46,694 bases of DNA from Candidatus Scatosoma sp. (GCA_045532525.1 JAZSGC010000085.1:1-46694); one strand, 5' to 3'; shown: positions 34,324 through 42,718, numbered from the stretch's first letter. The notes: a model not told the origin generated them from the letters alone. Program-made: numbers and translations.

Positions 34324-35643
34324 ATGGCAGAAACCGGTGGAACTCACATCATCAAATGGGATGAGGGTTGGGGCGACATCAACGAAGTGCTCATTTACAA
34401 GCACGCCGTAGAAGACTTCAAAACCCATTCCGTACTTATCGTTAACCCTTCCCAGGTTGCAATCGTTTACGATTCTCAAACTCGTAAGCCGCACGTTTTC
34501 AGAGAAGGCAGACACGAAAAAGCACTTGAGCAACTTAACCAGAACCACATCTTGCGTATGGGGCTCGGCGACAAGATTTTGTACAAAGAAAACACGTCTT
34601 ATCACATCGACGTTTACTTTGTAAATCTCGTTTACTTAAAGATGAAATTCGGTACGCCCGATCCCATTCAGCTTTACGATCCGATGGAAGACATTAACTT
34701 CGATTTGAAAGCTGCTGCCGGTTACGAATTGCAAATTGCTGAACCCGCTATGTTTAAAGAATTGCTCAGCGGTACGAAGCATTTGTTCACCAAGACGGAT
34801 TTAAAGACGTTCATCAACGATAAAATTATCGAATTGGTTACGACGGAAACGGCTTCCTTGTTCAAGGATCCCAATAGCGGCTTCAACATCTATCAAATGA
34901 GCGCGCAGGCTTCCGTGCTTTCCAAGGCGGTGGAACAGGCTATCGTTCCCTACTTGCAGGAACGCGGTATCGCAATCAAGAACTTCTCGTTTGTAAACCT
35001 TGAAGCAAGCGGCGAACAATACAAAGAAGCTTTGAAGGCAAACGTAGCAATGAGAAACGAAGCAAGAAGATTGCAGAAGCTCGGCATTACGTACGCACAA
35101 GAAAAGCAGATCGAAGTAATGAAGACGGCGGCTGGCAACGAATCCGCTGGTATGGCTCCGTTTATGGGCGCTGGTATGGGTATCGGTATGGGCGTCGGTA
35201 TGGGCGGCGCATTCGGCGCAGGTATGGCGAATATGGCGAACCAAGCGTTTGCTCCCCAAGGTCAACCCCAGCAACCCTACGGTTATCCCCAACAGCCCTA
35301 TGGCTATCCCCCTCAGGGTTATCCTCAGCAGCCTTACGGCTATCCCCCTCAGGGTCAAGCGCCCCAAGGCTATCCTCAACAGCCCTACGGCTATCCCCCT
35401 CAGGGTCAAGCGCCCCAAGGCTATCCTCAACAGCCTTACGGCTATCCCCCTCAGGGTCAAGCGCCTCAAGGCTATCCTCAACAGCCCTATGGCTATCCCC
35501 CTCAGGGCGCACCTGCACCCGCTCCCGAAGGCGCACCCGCTCCTGCTCCTGCACCCGCTCCTGCGGCTGCGGTATGCCCGAAGTGCGGTCAGCCCGTTCA
35601 ACCCGGCGCAACGGTTTGCGCTTGCGGTCAGCAACTTGTATAA
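34324..35643 (+). CDS. SPFH/band-7 protein of the COG4260 (YdjI-like) type with a G/M-rich segment, a P/Q/Y-rich repeat linker and a C-terminal zinc ribbon
   Basis: 439-aa ORF with SD 'gaggtg'. '...VYFVN...KFGTPDPIQLYDP...' matches the YdjI-type SPFH core. Also 'GMGIGMGVGMGGAFGAGMANMAN', (YPQQPYGYPPQGQAPQG)n and 'CPKCGQP...CACGQQ'. Confidence 0.8.
   Translation: MAETGGTHIIKWDEGWGDINEVLIYKHAVEDFKTHSVLIVNPSQVAIVYDSQTRKPHVFREGRHEKALEQLNQNHILRMGLGDKILYKENTSYHIDVYFVNLVYLKMKFGTPDPIQLYDPMEDINFDLKAAAGYELQIAEPAMFKELLSGTKHLFTKTDLKTFINDKIIELVTTETASLFKDPNSGFNIYQMSAQASVLSKAVEQAIVPYLQERGIAIKNFSFVNLEASGEQYKEALKANVAMRNEARRLQKLGITYAQEKQIEVMKTAAGNESAGMAPFMGAGMGIGMGVGMGGAFGAGMANMANQAFAPQGQPQQPYGYPQQPYGYPPQGYPQQPYGYPPQGQAPQGYPQQPYGYPPQGQAPQGYPQQPYGYPPQGQAPQGYPQQPYGYPPQGAPAPAPEGAPAPAPAPAPAAAVCPKCGQPVQPGATVCACGQQLV
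35320..35508 (+). repeat. Near-identical 51-nt in-frame tandem repeat (3 full units plus partial units)
   Basis: Units at 35320-35370, 35371-35421 and 35422-35472, with a partial unit at 35473-35508. Degenerate copies lie upstream from about 35266. Units differ only by a few synonymous changes. Confidence 0.9.
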
Positions 35644-35663
35644 TGTAAAGGAGAATATAAATT

Positions 35664-36446
35664 ATGGATGCAAAGAAAGGCTTTAAAAAGCATTACGTGC
35701 TCATCGGTTGGGCAATCGTATGGGTAATTTTCTTGATTCTTGCGTTGACGCTTCCCGCAACGACGTATAAGGGAGAAAAGGTGGTGGCTGGTATCACCGT
35801 AAAAGATCCTTCTCAAGACGGTTTGAAAGGCGCAGGCTTCACGTACTGGGGCGGCTTCATCTTCATCAACATCGCGTTTATCGTAGTTGGTGCGGTGATG
35901 TTCCTTGTACAACGCAAAGGCACGACGCACGCAAACAGCCAAATTACGACGTACCTTGCAGTTGGCGGATATTTCGCAGTTGCGTTTATCCTGAACTTCA
36001 TCTTTATGTGCGTTTATAAGAAGACCTGGGCGGCAGGCGTGTTGATTCCCAACATCATTCTTTTGTTGCTTGCGGCTGGTTTGATTATGTTCGTACTTCG
36101 TGCGGAAGGTCACGTTGCGGAAGTAGGCGAAAAGCTTACGGAAAAAGCGGTTGTTTTGGAAAACTTCGAAATCAGAGTAAGCGCACTTGTTATGCTTGCA
36201 AACGATTACGACGTAAAGAAAGCGCTTGAAACCTTGTACAACGAAGTAAGATATGCGGATTCGATGAGCGTTCCCGCTGCGCAACAGCAAGAAAACGCGT
36301 TTATGGAAAAATTGGTTGAACTTCAAGAAATGCTTGAAGACGAAGCTTCCGACAAGGAAGAAATCCTTAAACTCGTTAAGAAGGCTAGCACGGCTTGGAA
36401 AATCAGAAACGAATTCGTTCAAGTTTACAACAGCAGAATGGGCTAA
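35664..36446 (+). CDS. Hypothetical membrane protein (4 TM plus ~110-aa helical cytoplasmic tail)
   Basis: 260-aa ORF with SD 'aaggag', 20 nt after gene 1. I recognise no family. Confidence 0.8.
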   Translation: MDAKKGFKKHYVLIGWAIVWVIFLILALTLPATTYKGEKVVAGITVKDPSQDGLKGAGFTYWGGFIFINIAFIVVGAVMFLVQRKGTTHANSQITTYLAVGGYFAVAFILNFIFMCVYKKTWAAGVLIPNIILLLLAAGLIMFVLRAEGHVAEVGEKLTEKAVVLENFEIRVSALVMLANDYDVKKALETLYNEVRYADSMSVPAAQQQENAFMEKLVELQEMLEDEASDKEEILKLVKKASTAWKIRNEFVQVYNSRMG

Positions 36447-36474
36447 GATATAGCTGAGAAAACGGATAAGTGCA

Positions 36475-36505
36475 GCTCTGCCGTGGCGTTAGGTTGCGGC
36501 AGAGC
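36475..36505 (+). other. Intercistronic GC-rich hairpin
   Basis: gctctgccg (36475-83) / cggcagagc (36497-505), a 9-bp perfect stem with a 13-nt loop. No U-tract follows. Confidence 0.55.
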
Positions 36506-36546
36506 GCAACATAATATTATAAATAAAAAATAAGAGGTGTCAATTT

Positions 36547-37347
36547 ATGGAAGCTCAGGTATATAAATGTCCAGGCTGTGGTCAGCCTATCGACTTTGCC
36601 AGCGTAGACTTTAAAACGCGCCGCGCACATTGCGAATGGTGTGAAAACGACGTCGTTTTGCCTAGACAGGAAGTTGCAAATTCCGATAAAGTATTAAACG
36701 AATTGAAACAAGCGGTTCGTTTCTTCACGGAAAAGGATTTCCCTATGGCGCAAAAATATGCGGAAGAAGTGTTGACGACGGCTGTCGACCACGCGGTAGG
36801 TTTATTTATTCACGGATACGTGCGCGCGTTCGTGGACAGCGGCAAGAAGAGAGAAACGCTGAACAAGTTCTTTAGCGAAACTCTCCCCACCATCGATATG
36901 ACGGACGAAGAATTGGAAGGCTTTAAGAGCTGCGTTCTTTCGGTTGCGCCGAATATCGTGGACTACGAAGAACCCATTTTGGCGGCGGTGCTCGCAAACG
37001 ACCCCAACGGCGTGGTAGCGTTCACCGAAGCATTCTCGCCCGCTTGCGTTATGAACCGCACGGACATCGAATGGGTAAACGACAACATTTTCAACATCTA
37101 CAAAGAAATCGGTTCAAGAGGGGTTCTTCCCAAAACGTGGTATGCGTTGTTTGCAGGTATGCTGCAAAATCCGTACTCGCCGTATAAATCCGGTTTCCAC
37201 TTAAAGACCCGCGCGAACATCTTCCTTGAAAAGTACGTAAACCGTTTGGAAGCTTTGTTCAACGCGATCCCCGACGCAACGTTGCGCGCAAAATTCTACG
37301 GCGCGTTTACGAATAAAAAACAAGAATTCATGTCAAAGATGAATTAA
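36547..37347 (+). CDS. Zinc-ribbon protein with a helical C-terminal domain (YdjG-like in architecture only)
   Basis: 266-aa ORF with SD 'gaggtg'. N-terminus 'CPGCGQP...CEWCEN'. No TM segment. Confidence 0.8.
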   Translation: MEAQVYKCPGCGQPIDFASVDFKTRRAHCEWCENDVVLPRQEVANSDKVLNELKQAVRFFTEKDFPMAQKYAEEVLTTAVDHAVGLFIHGYVRAFVDSGKKRETLNKFFSETLPTIDMTDEELEGFKSCVLSVAPNIVDYEEPILAAVLANDPNGVVAFTEAFSPACVMNRTDIEWVNDNIFNIYKEIGSRGVLPKTWYALFAGMLQNPYSPYKSGFHLKTRANIFLEKYVNRLEALFNAIPDATLRAKFYGAFTNKKQEFMSKMN

Positions 37348-37366
37348 ATAAAGGAGGCAACAAAAA

Positions 37367-39166
37367 ATGTCAGATTATGTACAAGTCAGTATTGACTATA
37401 ACCACATAGCCCGTATAGTCAATAATGCAGTTAGCCCTATCGACAACAACGTTAGAGTTGTGTCGCGTCAGGTAGAAGAAGCGCAACAAGATATTCTTAG
37501 ATTGCAACGCGAACTTGCGGATTTCAGAAAGCAACAAGAATTCGCAGCAGCGTTACAGCGCGCTATCACCGAAATCATTCGTGTTCGTCAAGAACTCGAC
37601 GAAAAATTCGGTACGCACAAGCAAGTTAGAGACAATATGCTTGGTATTTTGCAGGCAAACGATCTCGCGCTCGTTGGTAAAGACGCAATCAGCAAGTGCT
37701 CGGAAGAACTTATGCTTTCCGCGCCCGAATACTGGCTTGCTCCTTCCCTTATCGCATTGGCAGCTTGGATCGGCAACAACAAAGCGCTTGCTGACCGTGC
37801 TATCAAAGAAGCTTGTAAGCGTGACAAAGAAAAGACCGCATTGTTGTTCGCGTTGATTTGCCGTAGAAACGGTAGAACCAAGGCTTGCTTCAAGTGGTTG
37901 CTCGTATACTTCGATCAGCAAGATCCTCTTGCAATGAGAAAGAGTATCATCGCTTTCGTTGACGCATACTCCAACGGCGTATTCGGCGAAGACGAAGAAA
38001 ACATTTGTAAAGAAACCATCGACGACTGGATGGAACAGCTTAAAGAAGCAAACAGCCAGTTCGACGCAGATCAAAAGGCTTACTGGTCCAACTACTACCT
38101 TACGATGTGCGCAGGCAACCCTTCCCTTGGCGCAGACTACGAACTCTTGAAGAAAGTCAGCCCCCAAGCAAAGGCTATGGACGAATACGTTTCCAGAATC
38201 GTTGCTGTGGACAGATCGAAAGGTATCAGAGAAAGCTTCAACGAAATTTTGTATGCTGAAATCAACGTAACGCCGCTCGTTAAAGAAATCGACAAGCAGC
38301 TCTTCAACTTGGTTACGGCTTATGAAAAAGAAGAAGAAAGCCTTCGTGGCGAAGAACAATTCTTCACCCTCGTTAAAGAATACAGCGGTGACGAAAAGCT
38401 TGCTAAGAAGATTATGCGTATCCAAGAAGCAAGAAAGTACGATCCCCCCGTTGACTTCGCAAAGAGATTGTCGCAGTCCATTACGGCGAAGGGTGAACAG
38501 GAAGCTGCTGTGGCTATGTCCGCAAAGAAGACGGCTTTGAAATTGCTCCGTACATATATCGAAAGCGCATTTGAAGACTTCTTGCTTGAAAAGAAAGACG
38601 CTTATCCTCAGGAAATCAGCCTTGTTATCAGCGAAAAAGGTACGACGGCTGGTAAGTTTACGGGTAAGAACTTCAAGTGGGTTGGCAAGACGGCTGACGG
38701 CGAAAACGGCGACGAATTGAAGAAAGACCTTGCTTCTAAGTACGAAACGGCAAAGAATGAAAGTATCGCTTCCGTTGTGGATTCCAAGAAACCTTTGGTA
38801 TTGACGATTATCTTCGGCGTATTGTTCGTTGCAGGTTTGATTATGGGTCTTTGCAAGGTTGGCTTCGGCTGGTTCTTGTTTGCAGTTGGTATCGTTGGTG
38901 CAATTTTTGGCGTTGTATTGTTGCTCAAAGAAAAGAAGACCAACAAGATGAACAAAGAATTGTTCCAGAACTATTATACGGCAGCTAACGTGAAAGCAGG
39001 TAAGATTGTTGACGAAGCTTTGAAAGCAAGAGCAAGAATCAATGCTTTGGTTGCTGCATTCGAAGCTAACGAAAACTCCACGAAGTTGTTCGTTCCTAAG
39101 ACGGAAGCTGCGGAAGTTGCAGAAGAAGTTGTTGAAGAAGTTGCAGTTGCAGAGGAGGTAGAATAA
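37367..39166 (+). CDS. Large hypothetical coiled-coil / TM-hairpin protein
   Basis: 599-aa ORF with SD 'aaggagg'. N-terminal coiled coil, a long helical region, a TM hairpin 'LVLTIIFGVLFVAGLIMGLCKVGFGWFLFAVGIVGAIFGVVLLL' and an acidic tail 'EVAEEVVEEVAVAEEVE'. I recognise no family. Confidence 0.8.
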   Translation: MSDYVQVSIDYNHIARIVNNAVSPIDNNVRVVSRQVEEAQQDILRLQRELADFRKQQEFAAALQRAITEIIRVRQELDEKFGTHKQVRDNMLGILQANDLALVGKDAISKCSEELMLSAPEYWLAPSLIALAAWIGNNKALADRAIKEACKRDKEKTALLFALICRRNGRTKACFKWLLVYFDQQDPLAMRKSIIAFVDAYSNGVFGEDEENICKETIDDWMEQLKEANSQFDADQKAYWSNYYLTMCAGNPSLGADYELLKKVSPQAKAMDEYVSRIVAVDRSKGIRESFNEILYAEINVTPLVKEIDKQLFNLVTAYEKEEESLRGEEQFFTLVKEYSGDEKLAKKIMRIQEARKYDPPVDFAKRLSQSITAKGEQEAAVAMSAKKTALKLLRTYIESAFEDFLLEKKDAYPQEISLVISEKGTTAGKFTGKNFKWVGKTADGENGDELKKDLASKYETAKNESIASVVDSKKPLVLTIIFGVLFVAGLIMGLCKVGFGWFLFAVGIVGAIFGVVLLLKEKKTNKMNKELFQNYYTAANVKAGKIVDEALKARARINALVAAFEANENSTKLFVPKTEAAEVAEEVVEEVAVAEEVE

Positions 39167-39393
39167 TGGCTGATATGGATTTGGGATTGGACTTAGGTTT
39201 GTCCTTAGACGATATTGGTGTTGACGCAGCGGAAATGGAAAAGCTCGCACCCGAAACGAAAGTAGAACTCGCTGAAAACCTTGACGGTTTCGCAAACGGG
39301 TTCAGCGCTGACTGGGATTTGGACGTTCCTGCCGAAGTTATGCAAGAAATCGCGGCAAAGAAAGAAAGAAGAAAAGCAGCAAAGAAAAGATAA
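39166..39393 (+). CDS. Small acidic protein with a basic C-terminal tail
   Basis: 75-aa ORF. Its start overlaps the upstream stop (TAATG), and SD 'agaggagg' lies upstream. 'MADMDLGLDLGLSLDD...KKERRKAAKKR'. Confidence 0.7.
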   Translation: MADMDLGLDLGLSLDDIGVDAAEMEKLAPETKVELAENLDGFANGFSADWDLDVPAEVMQEIAAKKERRKAAKKR

Positions 39394-39415
39394 TTTCAGA
39401 AATTAAATTATCCAT

Positions 39416-39454
39416 AAAAAGTCCCGTCGCGGTATTCCGCGGCGGGATTTTTTA
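39416..39454 (+). terminator. Intrinsic terminator of the SPFH operon
   Basis: tcccgtcgcgg / ccgcggcggga stem with one G-T pair and loop tatt, followed by tttttt. Confidence 0.85.
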
Positions 39455-39495
39455 CGTGGTGAAAGTGTGCATAGCGCGGAGCGTAATTTCATAAA

Positions 39496-39518
39496 GGACA
39501 TACCAGATACGCGTTGAA
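39496..39518 (-). repeat. Dispersed repeat copy h (between the SPFH-operon and gap terminators, inverted orientation)
   Basis: The plus strand reads ggacataccagatacgcgttgaa. The reverse complement is ttcaacgcgtatctggtatgtcc. Confidence 0.6.
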
Positions 39519-39530
39519 AGTAAATAAAGG

Positions 39531-39568
39531 CAAAAAAAGACCTTCTACGGAAAACCCGTAGAAGGTCG
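39531..39568 (-). terminator. Intrinsic terminator of gap
   Basis: gaccttctacgg / ccgtagaaggtc, a 12-bp stem. The minus strand reads a U-run after it. Confidence 0.88.
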
Positions 39569-39596
39569 ATTTCGTTTGTTTTAAACTCGCAAGCGA

Positions 39597-40616
39597 TTAA
39601 AGTTCAGCGAAGTACTTAATCGTTCTAACCATTTGGCTGGTGTAGGAGTTTTCGTTGTCGTACCAGGAAACAACCTTAACAAGCGTCGTGCCGTCGCCCA
39701 TAGGCATACACTTCGTTTGCGTAGCGTCGAACAACGAACCGTAGGTGATACCGATGATGTCGGACGAAACGAGTTCTTCTTCCGTGTAACCGAAGGAAGC
39801 GGAAGCAGCAGCTTTCATTGCGTTGTTTACGGTAGCCGCGTCAACTTCGCCTTCGCAGATTGCAACGAGTTGGGTAAGCGAACCGGTGGGAACGGGAACG
39901 CGTTGTGCGCAACCGTCGAGAACGCCGTTAAGTTCGGGGATAACAAGACCGATAGCCTTCGCTGCGCCCGTGGAGTTGGGAACGATGTTTGCAGCAGCAG
40001 CTCTTGCACGGCGAAGGTCACCCTTTCTGTGGGGACCGTCGAGAACCATTTGGTCGCCCGTGTAAGCGTGAATGGTGGTCATATAGCCTTTCTTAATTTT
40101 GGAAAGCTTGTTAAGCGTGTTTGCCATAGGAGCAAGGCAGTTGGTGGTGCAGGAAGCCGCGGAGATGATCGTGTCTTCTGCTTTCAACGTCTTTTCGTTT
40201 ACGCTGTAAACGATGGTAGGAAGGTCGTTACCAGCGGGAGCGGAGATAACAACTTTCTTAGCGCCTGCTTTGATGTGCGCTTCGGACTTTGCTTTGGAGC
40301 AGTAGAAGCCGGTGCATTCGAGAACAACGTCTACGTTGTACTCGCCCCAAGGGCAGTTTGCAGCGTCTTTTTCCGCATAGATTCTGATCGTTTTGCCGTT
40401 TACGGTAATCGTACCTGCTTCGTCGTCAGCGGTAACCTTATCGCAGTACTTATATCTGCCTTGTGCAGTATCGTACTTCAAAAGGTGCGCGAGCATAGAA
40501 GGGCTGGTAAGGTCGTTGATAGCAACAACTTCATAGCCTTCTGCATCGAACATCTGTCTGAACGCAAGACGGCCGATACGACCGAAACCGTTAATTGCAA
40601 CTTTTACGTTTGCCAT
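39597..40616 (-). CDS. gap: Glyceraldehyde-3-phosphate dehydrogenase
   Basis: '[16 protein letters not shown]' and the active site 'SCTTNCLAP'. I trimmed the start to ATG 40616 after SD 'ggagg'. Confidence 0.96.
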   Translation of the reverse strand: MANVKVAINGFGRIGRLAFRQMFDAEGYEVVAINDLTSPSMLAHLLKYDTAQGRYKYCDKVTADDEAGTITVNGKTIRIYAEKDAANCPWGEYNVDVVLECTGFYCSKAKSEAHIKAGAKKVVISAPAGNDLPTIVYSVNEKTLKAEDTIISAASCTTNCLAPMANTLNKLSKIKKGYMTTIHAYTGDQMVLDGPHRKGDLRRARAAAANIVPNSTGAAKAIGLVIPELNGVLDGCAQRVPVPTGSLTQLVAICEGEVDAATVNNAMKAAASASFGYTEEELVSSDIIGITYGSLFDATQTKCMPMGDGTTLVKVVSWYDNENSYTSQMVRTIKYFAEL

Positions 40617-40829
40617 AATTGATTTCCTCCAATATATTGAAAAATTTTGTTTTGTGACGAATGTTATACGGTGCAAAACCGTTCCGTTTTTAAGCGGCGT
40701 TTCCGCAAATCCGTTTTTGTCCGAATACTATTTTATCAAACTTTTTTCCATTCGTCAACGATTTTATGCGCAAGTTATAAAAATATTTTTTATTGCGTGT
40801 TTTAAACGCCCATTTCGTCGGGCGTATTA

Positions 40830-40864
40830 CAAATAAAAACGGAGTGGAAAATTCCGCTCCGTTC
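40830..40864 (-). terminator. Intrinsic terminator of fba
   Basis: acggagtgg / ccgctccgt stem with one wobble pair. The minus strand reads a U-run after it. Confidence 0.8.
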
Positions 40865-40881
40865 CTTTTATACAATGAAAA

Positions 40882-41820
40882 TTAGAAAGCTTTACCCGCC
40901 GAGCCAAGCACGTTGACGATTTTGTGTTTTACCATTTCCTTCATCATTGCGCGTGCGTCGCCAAGGTATTGACGGGGGTCGAAGTGACCGGGGAAATCGC
41001 TGTAATGCTTACGGATAGCCGCCGTGAACGCTACGCGAAGGTCGCTGTCGATATTGATTTTGCAAACCGCCATTTGCGCAGCCTTGCGAAGCTCGGATTC
41101 GGGAATACCGATTGCGTCGGGCATATGGCCGCCATACTGGTTGACGATGGCAACCTTGTCCTGAGGAACGGAAGAAGCGCCGTGAAGAACGATGGGGAAG
41201 CCGGGCAATCTCTTGCCGATTTCTTCCAAAATATCCAAACGGAGCTTGGGGTCTTGACCGGGTTTAAACTTATATGCGCCGTGGGAAGTACCGATAGCGA
41301 TTGCCAAAGAGTCGATACCCGTAGCCGCAACGAAATCCTGTACCTCGTCGGGGGACGTGAAGTGCGCGTGCTCCGCGGAAACGTTTACGTCGTCTTCGAT
41401 ACCGGCAAGCGTGCCGAGTTCCGCTTCAACAACCACGCCGTGGTCGTGTGCGTATTCTACTACCTTTTTGGTGATAGCGATGTTTTCTTCCCAAGGATGA
41501 GAAGAAGCGTCGATCATAACCGACGTAAAGCCGCCGTCGATAGAAGCTTTACAAATTTCAAAATCTGCGCCGTGGTCAAGGTGCATAGCGATGGGAATAT
41601 CCGTCGTTTCCACGGCCGCTTGTACAAGGTGCTTCAAGTATACGGGGTTTGCATACTTTCTTGCGCCTGCGGATACTTGCAGGATAACGGGAGATTTTTC
41701 TTCGTTAGCCGCTTCTACAATGGCTTGAATCATTTCCATATTGTTTACGTTAAAAGCGCCGATGGCATATTTGCCTGCGTACGCCTTTTTAAACATTTCG
41801 GTAGTAGTTACCAAAGGCAT
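40882..41820 (-). CDS. fba: Class II fructose-1,6-bisphosphate aldolase
   Basis: 'MPLVTTTEMFKKAYAGKYAIGAFNVNNME', 'HLDHG' and 'LHGASS'. I trimmed the start to ATG 41820 after SD 'ggagg'. Confidence 0.95.
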   Translation of the reverse strand: MPLVTTTEMFKKAYAGKYAIGAFNVNNMEMIQAIVEAANEEKSPVILQVSAGARKYANPVYLKHLVQAAVETTDIPIAMHLDHGADFEICKASIDGGFTSVMIDASSHPWEENIAITKKVVEYAHDHGVVVEAELGTLAGIEDDVNVSAEHAHFTSPDEVQDFVAATGIDSLAIAIGTSHGAYKFKPGQDPKLRLDILEEIGKRLPGFPIVLHGASSVPQDKVAIVNQYGGHMPDAIGIPESELRKAAQMAVCKINIDSDLRVAFTAAIRKHYSDFPGHFDPRQYLGDARAMMKEMVKHKIVNVLGSAGKAF

Positions 41821-41960
41821 AATTTTTTGTCCTCCAAATGACATTTATTTTATCCGTGGTTATTATACCCCATTTTTTAAAAAAAAGCAACGAAATAACG
41901 CACTTCTTCCAAATTTCAAAAAATTTTTCTATTTTTCGCAACAAAATTTTTAAAAGGTTA

Positions 41961-42017
41961 TTGACAAACACAAATTTTTCCAGTATACTATAACAAAAAC
42001 TATAATGCGTTATAGTT
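41961..42017 (+). promoter_or_regulatory. tetR promoter and palindromic operator
   Basis: TTGACA (41961-66), a 17-nt spacer, then TATACT (41984-89). Operator AACTATAA-TGCG-TTATAGTT spans 41998-42017 with perfect 8-bp arms. Confidence 0.7.
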
Positions 42018-42028
42018 ATAGGGGCGTG

Positions 42029-42718
42029 ATGGTTGTAATGGCGGAGCTTACGAAAGCCAAAAAGAGTGAAAAAATCAAATCAAAAATACTGCACGCAGCG
42101 GCAAGGCTGTTTTTAGCCAAAGGTTATGCGGAATCGACGGTGAAAGAGATTGCACGAGAAGCTGGGGTGAACTTAGGTTCGTTGACGTTCGTGTTTAAAA
42201 ACAAAGAAAACATCTTGTGCGAGTTGGTCGGCAACGTCTTAGAATGGCAATTTGAAGCGGCAAAAAAGGCGTTAAAGGGAATCACCGACGACAAGGTGCT
42301 TTTTTACGCGGTGGAGACGGTAATGCAGTTGCATATGGCGGAATCCAGCGAGCATATGCGTGAAATGTATTCGGTTTCCTATTCCCTTCCGCACTCGTCG
42401 CAAATTATCTATCGCACGATTACGGGAAAGCTGGAATATATATTTAAGGAGTACCTGCCCCACTTGGAAGCAAAAGATTTTTATGAAAGAGAGATTGCGT
42501 CGGGCGGGATTATGCGCGGATTTATGACCGTGCCTTGCGATATGTATTTTACAATGGAGAGAAAGATAAAAAGTTTTTTAGAAACGACCTTTCTCGTATA
42601 CGAAGTACCCAAGGAGAAGATTGCGGAAGCGATTGCGTTTGTGGGACGCTTCGATTTTGAAAAGCTTGCCCAAAGCACCATTGACAATATGCTGAAATAT
42701 TTAGAAAGTAAAACCTAA
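42029..42718 (+). CDS. TetR/AcrR-family transcriptional regulator
   Basis: N-terminal HTH 'ILHAAARLFLAKGYAESTVKEIAREAGVNLGSLTFVFKNKENIL'. The start is uncertain (42029 or 42038). The track start 42005 lies inside the operator. Confidence 0.88.
   Translation: MVVMAELTKAKKSEKIKSKILHAAARLFLAKGYAESTVKEIAREAGVNLGSLTFVFKNKENILCELVGNVLEWQFEAAKKALKGITDDKVLFYAVETVMQLHMAESSEHMREMYSVSYSLPHSSQIIYRTITGKLEYIFKEYLPHLEAKDFYEREIASGGIMRGFMTVPCDMYFTMERKIKSFLETTFLVYEVPKEKIAEAIAFVGRFDFEKLAQSTIDNMLKYLESKT

Noticed and set aside
37553-39295. A 580-aa ORF on the minus strand, the longest 'extra' ORF in the track.
   Set aside because: It is fully antisense to the 599-aa and 75-aa genes. It has no SD or promoter. 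Its Phe/Cys/Leu/Val/Asn-rich composition is what antisense translation of a GAA/AAG-rich gene produces. The sense genes have SDs and operon context.
39633-41841. Long plus-strand ORFs 39633-40622 (329 aa) and 40924-41841 (305 aa).
   Set aside because: They are antisense shadows of the clearly recognisable gap and fba genes. Their composition is Arg/Gly/Val-rich and they lack translation signals.
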